This document shows positions 1-11,678 of a DNA stretch of 64,000 nucleotides, in pieces. The position numbers were made by a program, and so were the translations under genes. This DNA comes from Marsupella aquatica (Eukaryota; Plantae; Marchantiophyta): positions 21,395,380 to 21,459,379 of the forward strand of contig OZ316891.1 in assembly GCA_973895155.1 (NCBI GenBank), read 5' to 3'. Below the pieces are notes generated by a model. That model was not told the DNA's origin and ran no database searches. It saw only the letters and a program-made list of their open reading frames with translations. Within the stretch, counting starts at the first letter, position 1, and each line of letters starts with the position of its first letter.

Positions 1-3000
1 CAACTTCTGCTCTGGCAAGGAACATGGGTCCAAACCGTTCAGGCGGGTTTATGGGGTTATACACCCCGTCAACTTGCAGTTCAATTTATAGGAATTATAT
101 TTTAAAATGGTACAAAATATACACCGGGTTTCCCCTGCAAAACCAGTTGCGCAGCTTGCTAAAAAACCGTTTCCCCTTTATTGAAAAGAGATCATTCTGT
201 CAATCTAATCGCATGAATCTTAGTATGACACTCTGGAAGAAGCTAAAGCAGACCTGAAGGACGACCCCTACTGACTTTCACCTTAGAGTGAAATTGAATA
301 ACTCCCACAGATTATGGTCTTTTATTTAGTCTCGCAAAGAGATTCAGATACTTCCATAGTTGATGTTCTTCTTTAGTCTCAAGAGGAGGTGAAAATCTGC
401 AGGTCTTATCAAACAGGGGTCTCCAACCTCAAAACTTGTTGTACCTTAGGATAAAGTTATCCATAGAAAAAGTTGTGGACCACTAAATTCATAATCCATT
501 GCGTTTTATGTAAAGAATGATCACATGCCATGACCCAAACTCACTAGAGAGGTTCGTGAAAGAAAAACTAAACACAAATTACAGAACCTTGTGAGAAGGC
601 CATTTCTTGATGGCACAAGCCATCACCTGTTATGTCATGAAGCTTGAGACGTCCCAATATGTGAGTTATTTCCTGGAAGCACTGAAATGGTCATCTCTGC
701 GTTCAATGGCGGGAGGTAAGGAGCCTGGAGCCAGCAGTCGGACACACTGAGGTAGCCGACTCGACTAGGCGAAGGAGTGCACTATGCTTGCTACCTTCCG
801 CTTTGTGATTCAGGGCCACAATCTTGTAAAGCTGGCTGATGAGTTCTCCTGTGATCCTGTTGGTGTAAAATACAACGAGGGAGCTCCAATTTCCGAACTC
901 TTGAAAGAGGTTCACTGTCTGAAAGTGCAATTTCACGGCTTCTTGAAGAATGTCTGCAACAGGCATGGACTTATGAGAATGTCTGCATTAGACTTGGACT
1001 AATGAGCTGCTTTAACTGTCGTGGCTGTCAGACAAGGGGAGAGCCTTTTACTCAAAGATTCACTCACCTTCATCGAAACTTGAAGTTTTTGCCCACGTAC
1101 AGAGGTGGTCAGAGAGTAGCCTCTCGAATAATTGCAGCCTGCAGCAACAGAAGGAAATTCGATTATATTGAGCGATTTCGTAAGGTGTTTACTGATACTG
1201 TCAATACATCGCATGGAAATTGTCCTGTAAGTCAACTCTTAGGTCAATCCTAAACGTCAGGAGTAGTTAACTCAAAGTTGAGAGCAGTAAGTTGGTTCGT
1301 TGTTTTCGGCCTTACAGAAAGAACAGATTGTTGTAGGTTTGTGCCACCCCATCGTGGAAGGGGTCCATGCACACCAAGGTTTCAGCAATTTCAGCGATTA
1401 GTCTTGAAACGGTAAGAAGATATTGCTGTCCGATATACTGTACGCTTCCCAGCTCAAGAATGACTTTTTGAATCCAGACTCGCCTGTCGATACTCTCCAT
1501 CGTTTCGATCCCTGCGCTAACATAAGAGATAAATTATACGGGAATCCTGAGATTTGAATGACCCTGCATATTATAGATCTCAGAAACCATAAGTGAACCG
1601 ACCATTCTCAGGTTCTAAGGTCCCAAGAACATACTGATTTTCACTACATCGTCGACTAGTTTATTGGTGAGCATACGATCAACAGATTCATCTATCATTT
1701 TTGCAATGATGACTGGAAGAATTTGATACCTTCCTGGGGAAGGAAATTCATTATGTTCATACTGAGGGCCGATGTGAGTTTCTTCACTGACGTTTCAACT
1801 TGGAGCTCTTGTATCTGTGCGTCTTGTAGCAAATGAGGGATAGCATCTGTAGCGAAAAGCTCCACGCAGGATATCGAGAGAGAGATCATAACCGAAGAGA
1901 ATGAATGAGAGATCCATACTTGACGAGTGGCGTGATGTTGGCGCTATAGAAGATGTGTCACAGGCATAGTCTGGAGTCATAGGCGTGTAGTGTTTCGTAC
2001 CCCTTTCCCACTGAGGAGAATTAGTACATTTAATAACATCATTTCATTCATTTGCATCGCGGACAATTTTTGAGGAGTTGTTCTATGAGCGCACTGTGAG
2101 TTTTGGGGGTACAGAGGGAGTTGACGGGTTACGGAAGGCCTTCATTGTCCCACCTCCAATGAACTTGACGGATTGATGCATGTACGTCGATAAATACTTG
2201 CTGTCAGAAATCTGAAAGTCATAGATATACAAAAGTGAGCTGTCAGGACAAAATCTATTGATTCCGACGGGGGTACAGGCGGTAGTCTTCCCAGTCTCAT
2301 TTCATTAGTCCCTCACGCACTTCCTCTTCTGAATGGATAGGACTAGCTGCACCAGAGTCGCATCCCGAAAGACTCATAAATCAAACCGTTACTTTCCTTT
2401 TTGTGCTCGTCAGTTCCGATCAGTGTTTATTTACAGATCCATCCGAAAGGAGAGACTCCCAAGGACCAGCTTCTTAGAATGGTCAAATTCGTGCCTAGAG
2501 GGATTGTCATAGGAAGTACTCTGGAGCTCTCATTTGTTTACTAGTAGGAAAAATAAATATGAATCATAAACGTACAGGAGTTGGATCTCCGAGCAAGTCC
2601 ACCACAAAATCGACCACCAGAGCCAGATGCGCTTTCAGATCTGTTGCGTACGTGGTCACCCTAAGCTCTCCTATCACGTCCAGCACAAGGTGGAAAGCCT
2701 GTTAGATTAATCAGCCACAGATTGTTGGCCCTCATAAAAATAGGTCTCAAAAGGAGAAACAACTAAGTATGGATCTAGTTCGCATCGTTTTTTTGAAATC
2801 TGATTTCTGTACATCCCTTCACCAAAGGAACGATGCTAGGGTAATCCGGTAAAATGACGTCCCAAGATAAAGATTACCACTGCAAGGTGACTGACCTTAC
2901 TCACCTGTTCGTCTCCTTCTGTTCTTCTTGGCACGGTTCAGGATTCTCACTGAAACAGTCCAATGAGCACTCACAAATGAGCTGCAAACTCCGTCCATGT

Positions 3001-4576
3001 GGATACAGTATACGCCTATAGGTAATTTGAAAGGAGTTCGATTTGTTTACACGCAGTAATGTGAGAGAAGCGGCTAGCTATTAATTGTAGTCACACAAGA
3101 GCTACACTATTAAGTACTTAATTATATCTCGGTGACTGTTCTGCCGAGCTAAATTAAATTACCTACTGACACGAACTGCAGTAGGAAGACTCCCTTACAA
3201 TTTTTCAAGAAACGCTGAACTGAAAGTTTGCTGATGAGCGCGTCAGCATCGGTCGTCCTTGGCGTCCCAAGTATTCGAGCGTTTAAGAAAAGGCATTCAC
3301 ACGGAGCGAGACAAGGCAGCTTGTCGAGAGTCGAAGCGTCTGCCTCAAATGATCACCATAACGTTACGGTACAACGAGAAAAATGTTATCTCGAGGTTAA
3401 ACCGTCCACCGAACCTAAGCTCCAGCCATGTTCCAAGCTAAACCTTCCCTCCTTCCCTCAGCAAACAATACATGCGTAACAACTTCACATTTGCTTTGTA
3501 AGTGTTTTTACAATATAAATATCTAATGAGAGAACACAGCTTCGTGGCACTGTCACCTTCGACTTCTTGAAGTTCGTGTCTAAGAGCTAAAACCTCGTCC
3601 TTCAAAATCTTCGCCTGCGGAGAAACGATGAAGTCTTAGGAGGCTCGTGAATATAGCATTTCCTACTTACCATTTGGAATGTATTCACTGCACTCATTGC
3701 ACTTCGACGTGACTCAACCAGGTCTTCAAGCAAAGGAGTTGAAGAGTCGAGAGCCTTCGGAGTTGCCATTTGATATGGAGATATGGAGTACCAAAACTGT
3801 TCCCTCATCTCATATTAAAAATCTGATGATTATGTGAATATCACTGAAGCGGCACGTAGTTGGATTGTTTCGGAAATAATTTTCCTACTTTTGGCCGCCA
3901 AACGAAATAAAAATATTATTGATGAAAGAGGCAGTTAACAGCATGTTGTTTGGAAGCAGCCGAATCTTAATCCAGATCAATCGACAATTCTGTACAAAAA
4001 AGATGAGTTATATGTTAGCTTCGGCGTTTAACATGCCTGGGTGAAGTCTCCGACCTTTTTCTTCCAGTGAAGTTCGCGCTCTGTATTCGGTGCACAACGA
4101 CGAGCCTTGATGATTGCAATAGCATGAGCTATCCTAACATCGTAGGAAGATGCCATGGTTACATTTTCTCCAACAACATTGTCTCCAACATCTTGTTCGT
4201 CTGCTTGGTAAGTTAATTCCAACATGTCGTCGCAGAGGTAGTTTTCTTTTCCTGTATGCAAAGGAACGCTGGGAGAAATCGCACTGGACAGGTGAAGAAA
4301 CAGGGCGGGATTCTTAATTTTGTCAGTCACTAGTTAGACCAAAATGACCAAAAGCCCCGATTGCCGCAGAGACATTCAAGTGAATTGCAGGAGCCATCAT
4401 TGCAGAAAGTCTAGTACATCAAATTCAAAGATCACAGAATGCTCGAAGAGCCGGTGCACAGACGGAGAGTTTGTAAAACCAAGATTTCTGTGCCGAGTTT
4501 CGACCAAATGATTGAACCTGACAAAGTAGCGAATGAAATCAAGACAGAGCGTGAGTAGATAGAGCTAAGATTTCAT
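1..4576 (-). pseudogene. Possible decayed multi-exon coding region of unknown family (may be TE- or virus-derived)
   Basis: Long minus-strand frames have few stops: about 2211->1316 runs ~300 codons with ~5 stops, and a gccATG at 4576 is in frame with ORF 4028-4330. Splice-like GTAAGG..CTGAC..TAG (1315-1250) and GTGAGT..CAG (1067-1016) are present. No protein motif recognised. Confidence 0.3.
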
Positions 4577-5128
4577 GGCGGGAGCTTGAGAAACTTCGAC
4601 CTGGTTCAAACGACAGGAACGAGACATCAGACAGAGAGTTCAGATTGTGCGCCGAGCTTCACCAAAGGCTTCAAGCTACTCTAATAGAGTAGCATAGCGC
4701 CACCTCGGTAATAAATAAACCCTGTGTTACAATACGGGGTTTCAAGTACGTTGAGGGCCATTTTATACAGTACAGTTGGCAACAATAAGTTCTAGGCCCA
4801 TCTTCGGCCCCCATGGCTTAAATCTTTACCTTATAAAGCTCTAAGAGAAAGTAAAGTTGTCTCCAGGGCCCCACCGAAATTTATATGCATAAAACGAAGG
4901 ATGTGCATTGAAAGGGAGTATGGGGTATTATGCATGGTTGTTTTATTCATCATTTCATTAACATTGAATGAATAGTGAACTCTGTCCGGCCAGTGGTTAT
5001 TCAAACTTGTCTTATTGCCAGTTCCTGGAATATGATAGAGGATGAGGACATTCAAGTCCCTTCACTGATTAGGCGATTGGTTTCCAGTGCCTAGTATCAT
5101 AGACTCAGCCAATCCATCTTTTCCATTA

Positions 5129-5295
5129 GCAACCTTAACCTTATGGCACTATGGCAATTGCAGGACTAAAGTGAAAAAGTAAGGTTAAGGTCGCAATTGC
5201 CACAGTGCCATCCCCGTTTGCACTGGACTAATGTGAAAAGTAATGAAGGTTTTGCCCAGGTCCTGTGCAAACGGGGACGGCACCATGGCAATTGC
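5129..5295. repeat. Interleaved inverted repeats with two similar loop sequences
   Basis: 5129-5143 pairs with 5180-5194, 5143-5161 pairs with 5193-5211, and 5193-5223 pairs with 5265-5295 (3 mismatches). Loops contain GGACTAAAGTGAAAAAGTAA and GGACTAATGTGAAAAGTAAT. Confidence 0.75.
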
Positions 5296-6913
5296 AAATG
5301 AATAGACCACTGGTACATTCTGTAAGTGTTTGTATGATGAGCCGTGCATAAGTTCATGAACTTGGGAAGAAGTCCTTACCATGCATAGTATGTATGATGT
5401 CATAAGTGCATATCCCATCCATTTTGCACTTATTCCGAAGTGAAGTGAGGGCTCTAGACAAACAATAATGTTGTTGGTCTGTCTGTCCATGTAGAAGAAA
5501 GAAACAAATGGTGACATGAAACAGTACTGTACATGCACATAGTAGATCATATGTTTTTATTGATAAGAGCTTGCAACACCTAAATAAAGTAACTACCAGT
5601 GTACAAAATGGGATGTACATGGGTTTAGGGTAAGAGTACTTTAGTGTGTGACCTGACAGAAGAATCACATGTCAAATAGATGCACTTATCAGAGAAGAGC
5701 AAGTTTCACTTCTTCTAAATTAAATTTCATTGGAATGAGCATTTATCCTGTATAATTGCATGAACATAACCATTAGCGCATACCCATAATTGCATAATTG
5801 GAAGTTCCTGCACTTATTGCATACTTGTACCATGGAGATGTGCCGGCTAGGGGCATCTTCAAGGGAGCTTGCACTTACTCAGACATTATGGACAGTATGA
5901 GAGGGCCATTACTAAGGGTGGCTTTACAAGACGTTGGGGGCAGTTTCCACATTTTTTTGTGTCCAAAATCTGATCAAGGTCATCCATTTGAGAGAAATTG
6001 CGATTGTTCACTTTACAAAACCTTGGGGGCACTTTCAACCGAACCTGTTACCAATCCTACATGGAATGCAGTGGGGCCCAATTTTTGCTTATGTGGAGCA
6101 CTCTTTTGTCCTAGATTTTAGACCACCTCTCTTGGTGGTCTCTTCTTCTGGCAGCTTGGTCCATTTCTATTTTAAGTCATTTGTAATAAAAAGGGACCCA
6201 CAAGTCCTTCATAAGATATTCTTTTCTCACATTTACAAAGACTTTGGCCAAAGATTACGTGACATGCAGGTAGAGTGGGTCCTCAATCTGTCTTTTAGTC
6301 AATTAATCTGGCACCATTGGCTGCACTTGGCTTTACAAGACCTTGGGGGCAATAAAAGTATTCAAAAAATGCTTTTAGCCCCGGGACACTATATTTAGTG
6401 TGTGCAATGGCCCTCCAGTTTGCTTTGGTAAAAAAAACTCCCAAGTCCTCCTAAGATGGCAGGACAACAATTGGGCGGTCACTTTGAAGATTTTGTTTTT
6501 TCAGATGTCATCACAACTGTTCATATCAAGTGACCGGTCCACTTCGACTTTTACATGAAATTTAGAGATCACATGTCCTGGACTACTCCCAATTTTCCAT
6601 AAATTTCTTCCAAACCTACATGGACTAGAGTGGGTCCTAAGAATGCTAATGTGCACCAGATAGTTCTTGCCAAAGTGTGACCACCCCATGAGGGGTGGTA
6701 TTTTGAAAGGACCTTTTTGTTCCATTCTCATTCTAGCAGTACATTATTGAATGCAATATTTGACAACTTTTGTTGGTCATGAATCACTCTCAATGGACAG
6801 GGCTGCAGTCAAGAGATATACTTATTAGACCTCCAAACCAATTTTTTCTCTTAATGGACCAAAAGATGGAGATTCTCGCCTAGAGGACCCAAAGTTTTAG
6901 ATTCTCTCTTAGT

Positions 6914-7256
6914 TGTTGAGCATAGACGACATTCGCAACGGCAAGCCCATGAACCATCCAATGCACAATAGTCGACACAGAGAGATACGTGGTTCACCTC
7001 CACATGAGGCTACGTCCACGGGAACACACAAGAGCTTTACTGCACTCTAGGCCGACCGACTATACCAAGCATCCACAGCACAAGCTCTCCCTATCTCTCA
7101 ACTAGCTCCGTAACAATGAGCCTAAGTTCCACCAGGGTCTGGCTTCAGCCCTGGCTATATGCACAACCGCACAACCGCTAACATTAGCTAAGTCCTAACC
7201 CGAGTTAGACTAACTGTGGTTGCTCATGAGTCACAAGACTAGAGCAATATCTAACA
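6914..7256 (-). mobile_element. Solo LTR of the Ty1/copia family 'A' (same family as 18790-27479)
   Basis: TGTTGAGCATAGAC...ATATCTAACA, closely similar to LTRs 18790-19131 and 27138-27479. Perfect 5-bp TSD TTAGT (6909-6913 / 7257-7261). Confidence 0.95.
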
Positions 7257-7936
7257 TTAGTGACCCTCTGGGCCCACTCCTTCCAACAATGTTTTTGTGA
7301 AAAGTTTACAACACAGTTCAGGCTGACTATATAGTCTGATAATAGTGTGGTTGATCTTGTGTAATAATGTCAAAAGGTAAATGTGTAGTGTCTGGATCAT
7401 GCATGGGCCACAGCCCTTGGCCTCAATAGAGCACCCAAGCACCATAGCGCAATGGCCTTCCTACTCGGTTGAATACATTGTGGCAGTTGTATTCAAACTA
7501 GAAGTAAAGTATCCTATGGTTGCATATAAACACCCAAGCGTTGTAGCGTGAATATATTGTGGCTATTGTATCCAAACTACAAAGGAAAGAGTCTATGTTG
7601 GCATTGAAGGACGCTAATGCTGTAGCATCCCCGAGCTCATTGCTTTCTTTTAAGACAATGTGAATATTATATAAAAAAGTCAAAGCAATTTTTAAAATCC
7701 AAATGTGCCCGCCTTTTGATAACCTGTTTTGATTTCATTGTGTTTAGGTTCATTTCTTGACATTTTCTTGTGCTGCTTGTTGTTGTTCCTCGTGCTCCCG
7801 CTATGACTACCCTTTAAGATGTGCAAACTGCAATGAAGGAGCGGCCAGAAAATATCATCGGGCTAATTCCAGTTATGTTTGCAATTTGACTAGTCTTAGA
7901 CTGATGGGGCCATAATTCTTACATCATGGGGCGGGT

Positions 7937-8038
7937 CAATGCTATCTCCCCTATTTTTAAATCATTTTAAATTCCTTTAGCTGGTTGCAATGCTATCTCC
8001 CCTATTTTTAAATCATTTTAAATTCCTTTAGCTGGTTG
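7937..8038. repeat. Perfect 51-bp tandem duplication
   Basis: CAATGCTATCTCCCCTATTTTTAAATCATTTTAAATTCCTTTAGCTGGTTG twice, head to tail. Confidence 0.9.
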
Positions 8039-8565
8039 CATAACCACAGTTAGTGAATGAACCATAAATCCCTTACTTTCTTTCATCCCACAGCCAAGCT
8101 TGGCTTTGGCTTAGGGTGCCGGAGTGTGAATCTTATCTATTGCAATAATGCGTCAGCTGGCGAAGGGAGAGAGAATCGAACTGTACAAAGTTGTCGCAGG
8201 TGGAATTCATCGTCAGCGCCAAGAATCAGGATGCCAAACAAGGAGACGTATCTTGTGAAGGAAGGGAAGGGGGCAGGATCCGCAAAAGAATCGATCGTGT
8301 TGGCGTCCAAGACATTTCTGAAAGACGCGGAAGTTTGGGTGTTAGTGAATTTGAGCTGCGGGAGCAGTAGGCTGGTAGGAGGCTGCTTGATTGAAGAATC
8401 GATCGTGTTGGGGTCCGAGAATTTGGTGAAGGGCGAGGCACTTTGCGGTAGTGGATTTGAGCTGCAAGAGTGATCGGCTGTCAGAAAGCTGTTGGCTAGG
8501 AGAGAGGAGAGGCCATCAGCGGTTGGATTGGCGAGAATCAAAAACAGGAAGAGAGAACGAGCCTG

Positions 8566-9632
8566 ATGGCTGTAAGGTTATGGGGTTTGTGGAGATTCAG
8601 TGGCGGGCTTTCGTCAACGAATAGTAGGGTGGTTTGCAGTTTAGGGTTGCCATGGAGCATCAGCAGCACGCGGAGCCATTCGGGAAAATCATCAGGAAGA
8701 GAGGATAGCGTGGATGAAGCAGCTGCTGCTGCTGCTGAGAGCAGTTCTCCCAGTAACCGAATAGAACAGGCATTGAAGGAAATCCGCATTCAGAGTGCTG
8801 CTCCGGATTGGTTACCGTTCTTTCCGGGGGGCTCTTTTTGGATTCATCCAGACCAGATCGCGGGGAAGAAGCCTGAAAAGCCATCTGCTCCACTGTTGGA
8901 CCTGGCTAATGAAAGAGAGATTTTGGCTATGGTTATGCCCATGGGTTGGCCCAATTCCACGGCTGCTGATGATGGTGAGTGAACGTTCTGCTCCGGTGAT
9001 GCTCAAGTTATCCATTTATCCCCTTCTACTCCTGTGCTAGGATTGATCTTGTGACTGGTTGGCATTGTGGTGAAAATTGGATGCTCAGTTTTCTGACCTG
9101 AAATGTTTGTTGGCTTCTGTGTTGTTGGGGTTGTCGCTCTACAATTTTTAGGGTTTTCATCTGTATTTGTAAGTCATGTCATTTAGCAACAGGTCTTTGG
9201 ACAGGAGCTTTTTCCCTGTCTTGCAATTACTCGTTTGGCTTTGCAAAATCGTTGTCTGCACAGGCCCGCAAATTTTTAGCCTGTCGAAAAATAGTTCTTC
9301 ATTGTAGAAATTCCTCAAGCCCGTCTTTTGCCTCTTCGTGAGTTATATATTGTGGGAGATTTTGCACTGCCAGAGTTTCCGGATGTTTTTAGCGAAGTAC
9401 TTGTGGTTCCGTGCATGGTCAGGATTGCTTTTCTGTTATTGGAGTGGCTGGGCGGTTGATCTGTTTCTAATTTTTTTCTGCAATTGACTCTGAACTAGGT
9501 GAGAGAAGTCTGTATCCTAACAATTACTTGCTGGAACAGGCTAAGATTGCGGCCCATTGCATGAGTAAAGGAAACTGATAGCTACTTGTTGTGATGGCAG
9601 CAATGAATCCCGAGTCAGATTCTATCATTTGA
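8566..9632 (+). CDS. Plant-specific uncharacterised protein with an organellar-transit-like N-terminus; exon 1 8566-8974, probable exon 2 9601-9632
   Basis: Motifs RIEQALKEIRIQSAAPDWLPFFPGGSFW and MGWPNS resemble the land-plant 'RSAPDWLPF.PG.S.W...GWPS' small-protein family. Donor G|GTGAGT at 8975. Acceptor GCAG| at 9600 gives in-phase AMNPESDSII* (exon 2 is tentative). Confidence 0.75.
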
Positions 9633-11678
9633 GAACATCGATGGACTAGGAGCAAGGCAAAGATCCACATTTGGGCTCATTTCAAGCAGTAGACAGCTGG
9701 TGATTGTCGAGGTTTAAATCGTTTCCTTTGGAAGCAAGAACTCATGTTGTGGGGCCTACAACAGTGCCATTGTACAAATTGTTGGTGTCAGATACCTGTA
9801 AAGATTCTTGTAGAGATCGTCTAGTGTCCAACCTAGTAAAATTACAATAGAAAAGTACCGGATATGTTTACAACCAAAGACTTGGCGTCAGTGATTATTT
9901 TATTCTGTTCATTCTTGTGCATTTTTTTTAAGTCTGGTGACAGGCAATAAGCGATTGAAACGAATCTTTGATTTGTGCGTTTGATGGTTCAAGGGTGTCA
10001 ATTCTCTCAGATTGGAATGGACAGCAAGGGCGACTTAGCAATTTTAGTGAGATGTTACAGCACGTTTTGAGGGGCCCTTTGGGGGAGATGTTTGCCCCTT
10101 GGTTAGAACGGCTCTCTTTGAACACATCGGTGATGTCTTAAATATAGCAAATGTCTTAAATATCGCAAATGTGCACGCAGCATATGTCAATTGAGCAAGT
10201 TTCTTCCATTTAGACTTTTCCCGAGTCCATTTTGGTGAGACTGGAAGAATTGTCTGTAGTTATACATTCAAATTGACTTGTCTTAGTCCATTTTGGTGGA
10301 TCTGGAAGAATTGCCATCTATTGTGTTAAAGAGGAAACTTAAAGATTGGTATGAAAAGGTGCCTTCCCACTGAGGGCATCGATTTTTCAGACCCTGATGT
10401 CCAACGTTTCTTTGCGCTGTTTTGACTTAAGTTTGGAGAAAACGCAGAATAATTTTTGTAGCTTTATGTCTTGAGGATTTGATTTGGGGGTTGCTTGGTC
10501 ATCGGGTCAGCTATGTATTCCGGTTTTACGGGTCCCCAGTTACAGCATTTCGGCCGATTCCACACTCTTCGTTTGCAATCAGACATGATCTTGTCATTGA
10601 GATGTCTGTTCACAAAGCACCGGGTGATACTGTGGACATGGAATACAGTGGTTTTGTCTGCAGTTATGTGGTCCATTGCTCATATTTGTTAATCTATCAT
10701 TAGTTTGAGATTGACTTCGAATTCGCTGAGGCAGAAGCGCTGAAGGTAACTGAGTTCTTTATTCGAACTTGCGCCATTTCTTGTCTGGTAATCAAAGTCA
10801 TCTGTCACGCGCAGAAATTGTGGATTGACTCGTATACGAACCCGTATCGTCATCCATGCTCCTTCGAAGCAAAGTTTGTAGCGTCCAGGCTCCTCAGATC
10901 TGTGGACAGGAAAAGAAATTTTCACTAGTGGTAACCAAACTTGCAGAGATATGTACAGTAACCACAAACAAATCTTGGGGGCGACGTAGAATTCCACCTC
11001 CTCGGAATCCTGAAGACGAAACAGAAAATATTCCTGCAGCAGAGTGGATGAAGGCCTCGCAGGTGCGGAAATCCAAAGCAAAAAAACAAGATTCCCTTAC
11101 CGAACCAAATGTTCACTTCAGGACGGTCCAAGAGTACAAAACCTGCAGTGAAAAATACAGCCGGGCAAATTGAGACTATTGTTTGCACCTTTGAGGTTGA
11201 GCAACAAGCATACTTTTAAGCCTATTCCTTCTTCAGCTTATGTGGAAATTCAAAACCTACCGACAAGGAGGTGGACGATAGAACTGCAAGAGAAGAAATA
11301 ATGTTCTTCAAAAGGTCTTCCTGAAACTCAATTGGTCATAACTGACCTCAAAATTGTCCTCACGTTCCAATCCCCGTCAGCAGTTTCAATGTGCCTCAAT
11401 GCGCCAAAATAACCCCCTGTACTCCCACCTGACGTGACCTTATTGACATACACAAGATCTTCCAATTCCACACAGAAACAACTCTCCAGACCGCTTGTCC
11501 GACGTGAGACCTCAATCGTGCTCAAAGCTGTGAGCAAAGAGGGTAGCATTGGACACTGCAAAGGAGCAGCTCAAGATGCAAGTGGTGGGACGGGGAGAAA
11601 TCAATGGGTCATTGAAAAACCCACTCGACTAGCATAACCATAGCACGAGGACAGGATTTCCAAAGCTTGAGATGAAGA

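Noticed and set aside
1-4600. U-to-C RNA editing or an alternative genetic code to explain the in-frame stops
   Set aside because: Such editing is organellar and this is nuclear DNA. Any stop codon can be derived from a C-starting codon, so the pattern is uninformative. Neighbouring TEs show ordinary C->T decay.
8057-8541. Overlapping 134-138 aa ORFs upstream of the 8566 gene
   Set aside because: No recognisable domain. Contains an internal repeat (AAGAATCGATCGTGTTGG twice) and is most simply promoter or 5' leader sequence.
10689-11637. Several 60-130 aa ORFs between two convergent genes
   Set aside because: No motif and no consistent exon chain found; may be UTR or intergenic.
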